A DNA stretch of 64,000 nt from an uncultured Hyphomicrobiales bacterium (GTDB taxonomy: Bacteria; Bacteroidota; Ignavibacteria; Kapaibacteriales; UBA2268): contig CAZOOR010000004.1 of assembly GCA_964581505.1 (NCBI GenBank), positions 3,610-67,609 of the forward strand, written 5' to 3'. The notes beneath the pieces were generated by a model. It was not told where the DNA came from. It was given only the letters and a program-made list of their open reading frames with translations, and did no database searches. Shown here in pieces: positions 10,149 through 20,399 of this stretch. The position numbers and the translations under genes are program-made. How positions within the stretch are numbered: the stretch's first letter is position 1; each line of letters starts with the position of its first letter.

Positions 10149-10544
10149 ATGAACGAGGTTGAATTTATTCTCTATGTAAAGGAACAAGAAAAGAGCAAAG
10201 TATTCTATCAAACTTTATTAAAAGTATCACCTTTATTAGATGTACCGGGTATGACAGAATTTTTGTTAGCAACTAATGTAAAATTAGGATTAATGCCTAA
10301 TAATGGTATAGCTAAAATTATTTCGGACAGAGTACCCCACCCTAAAATAGCGCAAAATATTCCAAGATGCGAGTTGTATTTAAAAGTTGATGACCCGAAC
10401 GATTATATGAATAGAGGCATTGCATTAGGTGCTATATTGGTAAGTGAATTACAAAGCAGAGATTGGGGTGATAAAGTAGGATATATTGCCGATTTAGACG
10501 GTCATATTATAGCCTTTGCAGAGAAAAATAGTAATTCATTGTAA
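10149..10544 (+). CDS. VOC/glyoxalase-like domain protein
   Basis: 131 aa; beta-alpha-beta-beta-beta pattern and general similarity to glyoxalase/bleomycin-resistance fold proteins; tentative. Confidence 0.4.
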   Translation: MNEVEFILYVKEQEKSKVFYQTLLKVSPLLDVPGMTEFLLATNVKLGLMPNNGIAKIISDRVPHPKIAQNIPRCELYLKVDDPNDYMNRGIALGAILVSELQSRDWGDKVGYIADLDGHIIAFAEKNSNSL

Positions 10545-10758
10545 GCTGTAAACAAATCTAATATTAGTTTAAGATAATATATTAACGCCATCTACTAATT
10601 CTTTAATTATTCAATTAGTTATACCTATTGCAAATAGAAAGATTGATTTGTTTATACAAATGCTTTCAAGGCTTTTTGTCAGAAGTGAAAACTCCCTGAA
10701 ATACTAAATTTCAAAATTACATTTAACTATAATTTTACTCCCATATACTAAGCAAAAC

Positions 10759-10795
10759 AAAGAGGCTATCTTTTGGAGACAGCCTCTTTGTATAA
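10759..10795 (-). terminator. Hairpin terminator (bidirectional) between convergent VOC gene and TPR gene
   Basis: AAAGAGGCT..AGCCTCTTT 9-bp stem; T-rich tract on minus strand. Confidence 0.55.
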
Positions 10796-10818
10796 TTATT
10801 CAATATTGAATGATTGAA

Positions 10819-12510
10819 CTAATTACATTTTAATTTTTTCACCTGCTTGTTAAGAAAGCCGTTTTTCGGATTAACTTTTAAACCTTTTTTATACGCTCTA
10901 CAAGCATTATCCTTGTCGCCCATTCCCTGCCAAGAGATACCGTGATAAATCCAGGCATAAGCCGATTTTGGGTCATAATCAAGCCATTTCTTTGTGAGTG
11001 AATTCATCTCTTTAAACTGCTTAGTTTCGAGGAGCATATTAGAAATTTTTGCATAAGCTTGCGTTACTTCTCGCTTATACTTTGCAGTATCAGCAAGTGC
11101 AATAGCAAGAGAACTCTCGAATTCTGCTTTTGCCTCATCATTTCTACCAAGAGATGCAATAACATCAGCTCTATATATTCTCGCTTTTAAATTAGTGGAG
11201 TCAAGCTCCACAGCCTTTTTTAGTAAAACAGCGGCTGTATCAGCTTTTTCGAGGCTAAAATAGCATGTACCGAGCAGATAGTAAACTTTTGACTGCAAAG
11301 AATCTTGACAATTTTTATTCCGCGAATCCAAGAAGAATATAGCATTCTGATAATCCTTCATATAGATTGTCAAGTTAGCCAACTGATACATTAAATTACA
11401 TTTTTTCGGGTCCCGTTCAATTACCTCTTTATAATAATTTATCGTCTTTGTTGTATCTTGAATTTTTAGTGAGGCGGCAGCCATACGTTCAATGTCCTTG
11501 ATTTCCAATTCAAGATGAGGTTTGACAGTCTCATATTCCTGTAATGCTTCCTTATATTGATTCTGTTGGAATAGACATTGAGCCAATAATAAACCGGCTT
11601 TATATTTAACAGAGTCAATCTCTACTGCTACCTGACGCAAATGGGAAGCCGCAGAGTCGCAATATCCGGTTTCTACATAGGACTGAGCCAAGTACCATCT
11701 TGCAATCGAATGGTCGGGACGCAAATTCAAGTATTTTTGAAATGAACCGGCGGCAAGGTCAAATCGTTTACCAAAGAATAGAATTCTACCCTGTTCCCAC
11801 CAAGCGCGCGCATATTTCGGCTCTTTCTTTGTAATAATGTTCCATTCCTTCAAAGAACGGTTGAATAATTCGTTAGACAAATCTTTATCATATTCCCTAT
11901 TTGCCATCCAATAATAAGCAGTGGCAAGTTTAATACGAGCATCAGTTAGATTTTCGTCCAACTTCAATGCTTCGTCATAATTATTTTTTGCAAGTTCATA
12001 GACCCTCTGTGCAAAATATAAATCACCAAGAGCAACGTAAGGCTCGGGATTAACTTTATTCTTCTCTCTTGCTTTTGTAATCTGTAATGCCGCTTGGTCT
12101 AAATCACCTTTTGCAATATTCACCTTACCAAGAGCAAGCAATATATTAATATCATCGGGATTATCCTGAGCCGCTTCATTCAATAGTTCAAGTGCTTTAT
12201 CATATTTTTGTAATCTGGAATATGCGAGTGCAAGTTCACTTACAATTTTCGGTTCGTCATCTTCCAAGTCATAAGCCTTTTCAAACATTTTGAGAGCGTC
12301 TTCTAACTTATCAAGCTCTGTATAGATTTTACCGGCAAGCATATATACATCTTCATCTTTATACCTATCCTTGATAGCACCGGCTATATATTTCTCTGCC
12401 TGAACGTAGTCTTTTTGTTTCGAATAAGAACGCATATCGTCCCAATCGGAAGCATATACATTTGCAATAGCAAAAACAAATCCAAGCAATAATAAAATTG
12501 TTTTTTTCAT
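10819..12510 (-). CDS. Secreted TPR-repeat protein (member of the conserved Bacteroidetes TonB cluster)
   Basis: 563 aa; signal peptide; repeated 34-aa A..Y..A motifs throughout. Confidence 0.7.
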   Translation of the reverse strand: MKKTILLLLGFVFAIANVYASDWDDMRSYSKQKDYVQAEKYIAGAIKDRYKDEDVYMLAGKIYTELDKLEDALKMFEKAYDLEDDEPKIVSELALAYSRLQKYDKALELLNEAAQDNPDDINILLALGKVNIAKGDLDQAALQITKAREKNKVNPEPYVALGDLYFAQRVYELAKNNYDEALKLDENLTDARIKLATAYYWMANREYDKDLSNELFNRSLKEWNIITKKEPKYARAWWEQGRILFFGKRFDLAAGSFQKYLNLRPDHSIARWYLAQSYVETGYCDSAASHLRQVAVEIDSVKYKAGLLLAQCLFQQNQYKEALQEYETVKPHLELEIKDIERMAAASLKIQDTTKTINYYKEVIERDPKKCNLMYQLANLTIYMKDYQNAIFFLDSRNKNCQDSLQSKVYYLLGTCYFSLEKADTAAVLLKKAVELDSTNLKARIYRADVIASLGRNDEAKAEFESSLAIALADTAKYKREVTQAYAKISNMLLETKQFKEMNSLTKKWLDYDPKSAYAWIYHGISWQGMGDKDNACRAYKKGLKVNPKNGFLNKQVKKLKCN

Positions 12511-13443
12511 CTAATTCACCTCGTCTATTAATTTAATTTTAGCAAAAGCGGGAGCAATGCCGTAATCAAGAAAATATCTCTGAGCATTTGCATGCTTCGA
12601 TATATACCTTCCCAATCTCATAGCCGCTTCCTTCTCCTTAGAAAATACATAAATATAATGTGTTACAATATACGGATATAATCTTCTTACGATATTCGCC
12701 TGATGTACCGTATGCGGAAATATATATTTTCCACTTGTATCAATATAACTAATTCGCAATGCTCGTAAATCAGGGTCGGATTTGATTTGAGATAAATATC
12801 CTATTCCTATTGCATCATACGTTTTGACGAATGACTTTACAGAATCGTAACTCGGAAAATAATAAATTCTTCTTTTTTCTTTTTTTCCTTTTAGAACCAT
12901 TGACTTCAAATTGACAGCCTCAGAAGAAAGTGGACTGTTAGTTACAAAATGATAATCATTCTTGATTCTCGGGAAATAATCACTAATTGTTTTATGCTTA
13001 TTCATTAATAATTCTTCAATCTGTCCGGCAGTCATTGAATCCAAGGGACTTTCAAACTTAACATAAAAGACTAACGCATCATAAGCAATCGGCATTCTTT
13101 TAAATGGTTTTATATCATACTTATTCATTACAGAGTCCCAATATTTAGTATAGTCCATAGCCGTAATGATTGCTTCTGTATTGCCGGTAAGTAATTCCTT
13201 CATACAATCCCAAGCGGTCGCTTTCTTTAGCGTAATCTCTGCATTCTGGTCTAATGTATCAAAAGTCAAGCAGGGCTTCAACATCATATCGTACACACCC
13301 TCGTCAATATTAATACGAGCGTACTTATATTCTTTTTCCTCATTTGTAAGCGGGCGGCTTTCTTTTTCAGAATCACAGGAATAGAGTAAACCGACAAGCA
13401 ATAAAGCAAAAAGCAAATTAAATGTTTTATTCATTTTCATCAT
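12511..13443 (-). CDS. PstS-like periplasmic-binding-protein-fold lipoprotein
   Basis: 310 aa; lipoprotein signal (LLYSCD); PBP-like organisation; immediately abuts the TPR gene, as in the known exbB-exbD-exbD-tonB-pstS-like-TPR cluster. Confidence 0.45.
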   Translation of the reverse strand: MMKMNKTFNLLFALLLVGLLYSCDSEKESRPLTNEEKEYKYARINIDEGVYDMMLKPCLTFDTLDQNAEITLKKATAWDCMKELLTGNTEAIITAMDYTKYWDSVMNKYDIKPFKRMPIAYDALVFYVKFESPLDSMTAGQIEELLMNKHKTISDYFPRIKNDYHFVTNSPLSSEAVNLKSMVLKGKKEKRRIYYFPSYDSVKSFVKTYDAIGIGYLSQIKSDPDLRALRISYIDTSGKYIFPHTVHQANIVRRLYPYIVTHYIYVFSKEKEAAMRLGRYISKHANAQRYFLDYGIAPAFAKIKLIDEVN

Positions 13444-13639
13444 TTCTGTATCTCCTTAATTGAATACGATAGACAAATATTCTATAAACACCCCATACGA
13501 TTAAAATTATACCGAGAACGCTCATCATTGGTTCATTTGATAATTTGTCCGGCATAAACAATCCGGTCAGCATAACGACACCGAGAAAGACCGTTAGTAT
13601 TTTAACTAAATAATTTACAACAATTAGAAACACTTGCAC
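13427..13639 (-). CDS. Small 2-TM membrane protein (hypothetical)
   Basis: 70 aa, two hydrophobic helices, co-oriented between tonB and PBP-like gene. Confidence 0.3.
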   Translation of the reverse strand: MQVFLIVVNYLVKILTVFLGVVMLTGLFMPDKLSNEPMMSVLGIILIVWGVYRIFVYRIQLRRYRNDENE

Positions 13640-13668
13640 ACCAATATTAATGGGAACATATTATCATT

Positions 13669-13695
13669 AAACAAGGGGCTGTTGCCCCTTGTTTA
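13669..13695 (-). terminator. Hairpin downstream of tonB
   Basis: AACAAGGGGC tgtt GCCCCTTGTT; weak U-tract. Confidence 0.4.
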
Positions 13696-13700
13696 TTTAA

Positions 13701-14483
13701 TTATCTGAGTTTAAATGATATCGGGATACTAACCCAGCAGGTAATAGCCCTGCCGTTTTGAATAGCGGGAGTAAAGACTTGCTTCATTACTGCGGCTTTT
13801 GCCGCTTTATCCAGCATTTTGGAATCTGAGTACTGAACAACGGATTTCTTGGGCTTACCGTCTTTTCCAACCAATACTCTAACTATTACCTGCCCCTCTA
13901 CCCCTGCTCTACGTGCCATTTCGGGATAAATAATACTTTTCTGCAAAGTCGCCAAATCAACAACAGGCTCCTTCTCTACAGGTATAAAATCATCAATACC
14001 CGGTTCATCTTCAATTTTATCAACTTCGAGTTTCTTTTCACCGAAATCAATTTCTTCTACTTGGTCGAAATCAACAATTTGCCCCTTCTCTTTAGATAGA
14101 GATTTTGTTAAATCATCAACATCGGCAAACTCCTTTAATTCCTCCTTGATATCAGCATCAGGTACAGGTACAGGTGTTCCTGCTTTTGCCGCTGTCGCAA
14201 CATCGATTACTGCTTCAGCAGGCGGAGGAGGAGGGGCATCCTCAATCTCATCACTCTGCTGTGATGGAGCAGTCAAAGCTATTTTACTAATAGGTGCTGT
14301 GGGAGCATCAGTCAAATCAACTTCCGTTGCTTTCCCGTAAACCCAATACAATAGAAAGAGTAATAATAGCAAAGCAATTGTAATGAGAAATGCTTTATAG
14401 GTATTCTTACGAATAAACTCTTTCAACTCTACTGCACCGTAGCTAGCCCTCTGCGGTATAGCCATTATTCCTTCGCTTGTCAT
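13701..14483 (-). CDS. tonB: Energy transducer TonB
   Basis: N-terminal TM anchor, Pro-rich spacer (DAPPPPPAEA), C-terminal TonB domain (EGQVIVRVLVGKDGKP...). Confidence 0.8.
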   Translation of the reverse strand: MTSEGIMAIPQRASYGAVELKEFIRKNTYKAFLITIALLLLLFLLYWVYGKATEVDLTDAPTAPISKIALTAPSQQSDEIEDAPPPPPAEAVIDVATAAKAGTPVPVPDADIKEELKEFADVDDLTKSLSKEKGQIVDFDQVEEIDFGEKKLEVDKIEDEPGIDDFIPVEKEPVVDLATLQKSIIYPEMARRAGVEGQVIVRVLVGKDGKPKKSVVQYSDSKMLDKAAKAAVMKQVFTPAIQNGRAITCWVSIPISFKLR

Positions 14484-15073
14484 TTTTTTAACTCCTCAAT
14501 TTTCTTTAAATCATCTTCTCTCATCGGAGCAATTGTAAATTTACGCTTTCTCTTGACAGGTTCTCCTGTTTCAGGGTCTTTATCCTTTGTTATTGCCTCT
14601 GTAATAGGAACTTCTGCCAAATTCAATTCATCTAAAACTTTAATAACTTTATCGTATTTAGCACTTTCCTCTATTTTAAATACGGTTATTAATCTGTTTT
14701 TTACATTTGGTTTTAAATTTAATTCAATTGCTTTTGATTTTAATTTGTCAAAAGCTATTTTTTTAATAGGATTATCAGCAGAAGCAATACCGGTGTAATA
14801 AAACAAAGTCCCGTCTTCCATTAAATTTATTGTAAATAACTCCGATGCTTTCACTTCAACGTCCTGAAGCCATTCAGGAGGCAATTTCATTTCCATTATT
14901 TGCGGTTTCAACATAGTTGTAGTGAACATAAAAAATGTCAATAACAAAAATGTAATATCAACCAAAGGCGTCATATCAAGACTAAATCCTATTCTTGCCT
15001 TCTTTTTTCTTCTGCTTTGCCTACCCCTTTTTTGTCTTACCGGAGGGGTTAAGCCTCCACCACCGCCTGCCAT
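14480..15073 (-). CDS. exbD: Biopolymer transport protein ExbD/TolR
   Basis: LDMTPLVDITFLLLTFFM signature TM segment. Confidence 0.85.
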   Translation of the reverse strand: MAGGGGGLTPPVRQKRGRQSRRKKKARIGFSLDMTPLVDITFLLLTFFMFTTTMLKPQIMEMKLPPEWLQDVEVKASELFTINLMEDGTLFYYTGIASADNPIKKIAFDKLKSKAIELNLKPNVKNRLITVFKIEESAKYDKVIKVLDELNLAEVPITEAITKDKDPETGEPVKRKRKFTIAPMREDDLKKIEELKK

Positions 15074-15170
15074 AATATATTACTCCTAATAATTGTTTCT
15101 TTCATTTAATTATAAGACACATAAGTAACCAAAAAAGTTACACTTTTTTTAAAGATTTCTTAAAATATCT

Positions 15171-15710
15171 TTATTCCTTCTTCTTATCAACTTCTTCGCC
15201 TTTCCTCTTTTCGGTTACAAAGTTAAATGTAAAAGCCTTATTTTTCCTCAATGTATTCATTACATCTTCAATATATTTGAAGCGAACACGCTTATCCGCA
15301 TCAAGAGCAAATGTCGTTCCATTATTGACAGCAATTGTGAATTTCACGAATCTACCCAAAAGTGTAGTATCAACCTTAATTAAGTTTTTGCTCTTAATAT
15401 CCTCAGGAATTTCGGGCATAAATGACAGTACCTTCTGCCAATCCCTTGTATTTGTTAAACCGAAATAGTATGATGTATCTTTGGTATTTTTATCATCAAT
15501 AGCAATATTAATGATAGCAATATCCTTTTCTGGCAATTTGGTCGTATCGGGTGCAGCAAGAGGACGAGTAATCGTAAACTCCTGCTCCGACTCGGCTTCG
15601 GACTTAAATTTAGCCGTAAACATCAAGAAAGTCAAAAGAAGAAAGGTGATATCGACCAAAGGTGTCATATCGATAACAAAATTCATTCTTTTCTTCTTTA
15701 TTCTAGCCAC
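15171..15710 (-). CDS. exbD: Biopolymer transport protein ExbD/TolR (second paralog)
   Basis: IDMTPLVDITFLLLTFLMF signature. Confidence 0.85.
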   Translation of the reverse strand: MARIKKKRMNFVIDMTPLVDITFLLLTFLMFTAKFKSEAESEQEFTITRPLAAPDTTKLPEKDIAIINIAIDDKNTKDTSYYFGLTNTRDWQKVLSFMPEIPEDIKSKNLIKVDTTLLGRFVKFTIAVNNGTTFALDADKRVRFKYIEDVMNTLRKNKAFTFNFVTEKRKGEEVDKKKE

Positions 15711-15723
15711 TTAAGACTCCTGA

Positions 15724-16503
15724 TTATTTTTTAATTTTGGCTGTAAACAGTTCGGTTACGTTCAGAATAGCTTCATCAATCATATATACATAACTATCAA
15801 CTTTTGTAACAAAGAAGTTATATGCAATAATTGAAATAATAGCACCAAACAAGCCGCCGGCTGTATTATAAAGAGCTTCGGAAATACCGACAGCAAGCTG
15901 TGTGGCATCAACCGTTCCGGTATCACCAAAAGCGGCAAATGCACGAATCATACCGATTGTTGTACCTAAGAGTCCGAACAAAGTGGAGATAGAAGCAACA
16001 GTTGAAAGAACAACCAGATTCTTCTCCAAGAGCGGTGTTTCGAGATTAGTAGCTTCATCAACTGCTCTCTGTACCTCTTCCATTTTTTTCTCTGTCGAGA
16101 ACTCAGGGTCGTTTTCTATTGAACGGAATCGCTCAATAGCGGCTCGCATAATGTTAGCCATACTCCCCCGTTGGGATTCGCACAAGGCGAGCGCATCATC
16201 ATACTCTCCCTTCACCAAATGGTCAATTAAATTCTTGACATAAGTGGAAATATCGCCTTTACCTTTGGCTTTATTAATAGAGAAATATCTTTCGAATGAG
16301 AATGTAAGTGATATAATGATTAGACCAATCAAAATAGCAACAATAGGACCACCGGTATAAATCATACCAATAATATTACCGGCTTTGGGCTTTTTCTTCG
16401 CCGCATCTTCAAAGTTATCGGGATTACCGAAATAGAATGAATAAACAGCAAACGCAATGATGAATGCCAATACTATAACGATGACATTAAATAAGTTTTT
16501 CAT
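15724..16503 (-). CDS. exbB: MotA/TolQ/ExbB proton channel protein
   Basis: 259 aa, 3 TM, conserved C-terminal TolQ/ExbB region (LGLLGTTIGMIRAF). Confidence 0.85.
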   Translation of the reverse strand: MKNLFNVIVIVLAFIIAFAVYSFYFGNPDNFEDAAKKKPKAGNIIGMIYTGGPIVAILIGLIIISLTFSFERYFSINKAKGKGDISTYVKNLIDHLVKGEYDDALALCESQRGSMANIMRAAIERFRSIENDPEFSTEKKMEEVQRAVDEATNLETPLLEKNLVVLSTVASISTLFGLLGTTIGMIRAFAAFGDTGTVDATQLAVGISEALYNTAGGLFGAIISIIAYNFFVTKVDSYVYMIDEAILNVTELFTAKIKK

Positions 16504-16534
16504 TAAAACCTCTAAATTAGTTTAATAAATTTTA

Positions 16535-16876
16535 TTACTGTAATGATTTTATTGCTTCTTCAATAGTTTCGAATATCGGAAACACCAATGTCAATTTTGT
16601 TATGACAAAAATGTTTTCTATGGATTTTGCAACATTAGCAAGGATTATCTTTGCATCTCGCTTAGCAAATGATGCGTGTGCGGAAATCAAGACTCCGAGA
16701 GCCGTTGAATTCAAATATGTAACCTTCTCCAAGTCTATTATGGCTGCATTGATACCTTGCTCCGACAGTTCTTTTAGACTGCTTCGCAATTCGTCCGTTT
16801 CATCGCCGCCAATAAATTGTCCTTTGAGATGAACAATTGTACCGCCGATTTGTTTTTCGATTATAACTTGTGCCAT
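16535..16876 (-). CDS. STAS-domain protein (anti-sigma-factor antagonist, SpoIIAA-like)
   Basis: ~113 aa; LKGQFIGGDETDELRSSL...IDLEKVTYLNSTALGVLIS typical STAS; ATG at 16876 (ORF track shows upstream TTG). Confidence 0.65.
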   Translation of the reverse strand: MAQVIIEKQIGGTIVHLKGQFIGGDETDELRSSLKELSEQGINAAIIDLEKVTYLNSTALGVLISAHASFAKRDAKIILANVAKSIENIFVITKLTLVFPIFETIEEAIKSLQ

Positions 16877-16996
16877 AAACAACCTCAATAATTAAAAAAT
16901 TCTAAAATGCTGTTCAAAGAATGTAAAATAATAAAATTAATCATAACTTTAAAATTATGATTTGCAAAAGAGCCAAATAATATAGTAACCCCTTAT

Positions 16997-17872
16997 TTAT
17001 CTGACAATATTCCCGAAAACATATCTGGATATATTGTTAGCATCTTCTTTAATTTCAATAGAAAAAATCTCACTTGAAAAAATCTCACTAATCTTTTCAG
17101 CCTGCCCCCAAGCAAATTCCAGATAGAATTTCCCCTGCCCTTGGAGCATAGTCGGAAATATTTCAGCATAGCGTCTATAGAACGATAAGCCATCGCCATT
17201 ATCAGTCAATGCAAGTGCCGGCTCCCAATCTTTTACTTCCGGTTCGAGGATTTGATAGTCTTCCTCTGCAATATATGGCGGATTGGAAACAATAATATCA
17301 AATTTGCCGTCAATCAATTCATTAGACACATTGATAGTATTAAAAGTTACATTTTTAATGTTATTATGCAACATATTTTTTTTTGCTAATGCAAGAGCGG
17401 CATTCGAAAAATCAATTGCAAGTACATCGGCATCAGGAAACGCCTTTGCAAGACTCAATCCTATACAGCCGCTCCCGGTACCAATATCCAGAATTTTCAA
17501 GCCTTTTCTATTCTTATTTTCATCAATAATCGCCGCAGTTAATAATTCCGTTTCGGGACGCGGCACAATAGATGCAGAATTTACATATATATCAATATTG
17601 ACAAAGGGTACACTGCCGAGAATCATTTGCACAGGCTCGTGATTAATTACTCGTTTAATCAACAGTTTAAATTGAACTAGTTCATCTTTTGTTAGCGGTT
17701 TATCGAAATCCCTATACAAATCCAAACGAGTGCAATTCAACAAATGCGCCAAAAGAAGTTCCGTCTTCAAGCGATATGATTCAATACCGTGCTTGCCGAA
17801 ATAGTTTGAAGTCCACTCAATCAATTGAATGATTTTCCAAATCTTATCATCTTTTGCATAAGTTACAGGCAA
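16997..17872 (-). CDS. prmC: Release factor glutamine N5-methyltransferase PrmC (HemK)
   Basis: SAM-binding DIGTGSGCIGL and NPPY motif (IVSNPPYI). Confidence 0.85.
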   Translation of the reverse strand: MPVTYAKDDKIWKIIQLIEWTSNYFGKHGIESYRLKTELLLAHLLNCTRLDLYRDFDKPLTKDELVQFKLLIKRVINHEPVQMILGSVPFVNIDIYVNSASIVPRPETELLTAAIIDENKNRKGLKILDIGTGSGCIGLSLAKAFPDADVLAIDFSNAALALAKKNMLHNNIKNVTFNTINVSNELIDGKFDIIVSNPPYIAEEDYQILEPEVKDWEPALALTDNGDGLSFYRRYAEIFPTMLQGQGKFYLEFAWGQAEKISEIFSSEIFSIEIKEDANNISRYVFGNIVR

Positions 17873-17893
17873 TATAATTCCAATGTCATATTA

Positions 17894-18823
17894 CTAAACT
17901 GCAACAAACTTCGAGAGCAAGGAAAGTAAAGCCATTCTGATAAACAGCCCATGAGTAACCTGCGTCTCAATCAACACATTCGGGAAGGAACTAATCGTGT
18001 AGTCAAGTTCCACACCGTAATTAACAGGTCCCGGATGCAGAAGTACCAGCTCCGGTTTACTGCTGAATCGTTTTAAATCCACACCAAAATATTTGGAATA
18101 TTCTCGAATAGTCGGCAGTAATCCAGATTCCATTCTCTCTCTCTGCAATCTCAACATAAGCAAAACATCAGACCATTCGATAGCTTCTTCAATACTATCA
18201 AATCTTTCAACGTCCCATTTCTCATATCCGGCAGGTAGCAAAGTACCTGGGGCAAAAATTCCTACTTTTGCTCCGAGTGTTTTCAGCATAACCATATTGG
18301 AACGTGCAACTCTACTATGCAAAATATCACCAACAATACATACTTTTAATCCGTCTATTTTTCCGAAATAACGCATCAATGTAAAAGTATCAAGTAATGC
18401 CTGAGTAGGATGTTCATGCTTTCCGTCCCCTGCATTCAGCACAATGCCATTTGTATTATTCTGAATAAAACGCGGCACACCCGAACACATGTGTCTAATG
18501 ATATACATGTGTACTGTCATCGCTTCAATTGTCCTGATAGTATCAATTAAAGATTCACCTTTTTTCAAACTGCTCTGTGCAGTAGCAAAAGAAAAGACAT
18601 CGGCAGATAATCTTTTTGCCGCAAGCTCAAATGAAAGTCTTGTACGAGTAGAGTTTTCAAAGAATGCTAACGCAACAGTTATGCCTTTCAGGTCATCAAA
18701 TTTTACATCTCGCTTGTAATTATCAAGAAAGAACTTAGTTTTCTCGAAAATCAATTGTATATCTTCGTATGATAAATCCCCAGCTGAAAGCAGATAAGGA
18801 TTTGATAATTTTTCATTTGCCAT
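17894..18823 (-). CDS. pyrB: Aspartate carbamoyltransferase catalytic subunit
   Basis: STRTR carbamoyl-phosphate motif, HPTQ and HPGP motifs. Confidence 0.9.
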   Translation of the reverse strand: MANEKLSNPYLLSAGDLSYEDIQLIFEKTKFFLDNYKRDVKFDDLKGITVALAFFENSTRTRLSFELAAKRLSADVFSFATAQSSLKKGESLIDTIRTIEAMTVHMYIIRHMCSGVPRFIQNNTNGIVLNAGDGKHEHPTQALLDTFTLMRYFGKIDGLKVCIVGDILHSRVARSNMVMLKTLGAKVGIFAPGTLLPAGYEKWDVERFDSIEEAIEWSDVLLMLRLQRERMESGLLPTIREYSKYFGVDLKRFSSKPELVLLHPGPVNYGVELDYTISSFPNVLIETQVTHGLFIRMALLSLLSKFVAV

Positions 18824-18861
18824 AAGTTTATCAAAAATTAATTATAAATATTTAGCAAATT

Positions 18862-18891
18862 TAATAAAAAAGCCGTTCAAAAAGAACGGCT
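18862..18891 (-). terminator. Rho-independent terminator after HU gene
   Basis: GCCGTTC aaaaa GAACGGC followed (minus strand) by TTTTTTATT. Confidence 0.65.
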
Positions 18892-18915
18892 ATTATTCAA
18901 AAACCTATTAAAAGG

Positions 18916-19212
18916 TTATTTTTTCTTTCTTTTACCAGCTACCGTTTCGCGTAAACCTTTTCCGGGTTTGAACTTCGGAACCTTCTTTGCTCCAATTTTG
19001 ATAACTTCACCTGTTCTCGGGTTCTTGCCCTTACGTGCTTTTCTCTTCAAAACAGAGAATGTACCAAAGCCGATTAACGTAACGCTGCCACCTTTTTTCA
19101 ACTCTTTTGTAATTGCCGCAAGAGTAGCTTTCAATGCTTTTTCAGCATCTACTTTTGTCAAATCGACATCTTTGGCGATGGCGTCAACCAAATTTTGTTT
19201 GTTTAATCCCAT
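18916..19212 (-). CDS. hup: HU-family DNA-binding protein with Lys-rich C-terminal tail
   Basis: MGLNKQNLVDAIA...GFGTFSV..RKARKGKNPRTGE HU signature; ATG at 19212 (ORF track extends upstream to 19344); ~25-aa K/R-rich tail. Confidence 0.85.
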   Translation of the reverse strand: MGLNKQNLVDAIAKDVDLTKVDAEKALKATLAAITKELKKGGSVTLIGFGTFSVLKRKARKGKNPRTGEVIKIGAKKVPKFKPGKGLRETVAGKRKKK

Positions 19213-19288
19213 AAAAAACTCCCTCATATAATAATGGATAATGCATGAACTATTCATGCGTTTACTAAAAAAAAATTTAATATAACTT

Positions 19289-19792
19289 CTATTTATTAAA
19301 GAACATATAAATCCAAGGCAAAAGCGCCGCTCCCGAATACACAATTTGCAATGTAACTAAAGTCAATATACCTGCAATAAAATCTCTTTTCAAGAACTCA
19401 CACTTTGGCTCTTTGCATTGTTGGTTAAACAATTTGAAATTGCCTATTATTGGCAAATACAAATAATAAATGGTTAGACAAACAATCGCCCAAAACAATG
19501 TGAACAATACAAAAGGCGACAAGGAAGCAATCCATAATCCAAGCGCTCGCCTAAACACAAATTTATCGTTTTTATCTTTATCTACATTTGCATTATACGC
19601 AAATGCGTAATACGTTATAAAAAGAACTATCAAAAAAAGCAATATTACCGTCTTCCATTCATCGGGCAACAAGAGTGCCGCACCTATTGCGATTATAGAG
19701 GCTATATGCTCTTGAAACCGTGGAATAAAGCCAATCCACAAAAAACTCAACATTGCTATTTTTAATTTATAAAAAAATTTATTCATTAGCAA
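19289..19792 (-). CDS. Integral membrane protein, possibly phosphatidylglycerophosphatase A-like
   Basis: 167 aa, 4-5 TM; overlaps pgsA by 14 nt; weak resemblance to PgpA C-terminal DxxxAG segment; tentative. Confidence 0.3.
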   Translation of the reverse strand: MLMNKFFYKLKIAMLSFLWIGFIPRFQEHIASIIAIGAALLLPDEWKTVILLFLIVLFITYYAFAYNANVDKDKNDKFVFRRALGLWIASLSPFVLFTLFWAIVCLTIYYLYLPIIGNFKLFNQQCKEPKCEFLKRDFIAGILTLVTLQIVYSGAALLPWIYMFFNK

Positions 19793-20399
19793 GTTTTTTT
19801 TTCGTAAAATCGCTCCAAATCTTGCTTAAGAGGGATTTATTCTTAAAAATGTAGTCAATTAGCGTCCAAACGGTCAGTAAAGTTAGTAAAAGCATCAAAT
19901 AATACATTGATGACGAATAAATTATTTTATCGACAGTTGCTGGTAATATTTCAAAAACACCAGTATATTTAATAAAAATCAACACAAGAACAAATGCTAT
20001 GAATACCATTTGCAGAGATGTTTTGAACTTTGCCGGATATGAAGTTTCCAATATGCTTTTCTTCGATATTGCGGCAATACGAAACAGTGTAGTTACAATA
20101 TCCCTAAGAACAATGACAGCCACCATCCAGAGAGGTATAATATTAAATATATAAAAAACAATAAATGCCGATGTAGTTAATATCTTATCTGCCAACGGGT
20201 CAAAGAACTGCCCCCACTTTGTAATCATTCCAAACTTACGCGCATACCAACCGTCAATATAATCGCTAATTGCGGCGAGCAAATATACAAAACAACCCAG
20301 AATAATATATCCTGCATCTTCGGTCAGCATTAGAGCAATAAAAAACGGAGCTATAACAACCCGCGTCATACTGATAATATTAGGTAAATTAAAAAACAT
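19779..20399 (-). CDS. pgsA: CDP-alcohol phosphatidyltransferase (CDP-diacylglycerol--glycerol-3-phosphate 3-phosphatidyltransferase-like)
   Basis: DYIDGWYAR...GQFFDPLADK = D-G-x2-A-R-x8-G-x3-D-x3-D motif. Confidence 0.8.
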   Translation of the reverse strand: MFFNLPNIISMTRVVIAPFFIALMLTEDAGYIILGCFVYLLAAISDYIDGWYARKFGMITKWGQFFDPLADKILTTSAFIVFYIFNIIPLWMVAVIVLRDIVTTLFRIAAISKKSILETSYPAKFKTSLQMVFIAFVLVLIFIKYTGVFEILPATVDKIIYSSSMYYLMLLLTLLTVWTLIDYIFKNKSLLSKIWSDFTKKKLANE

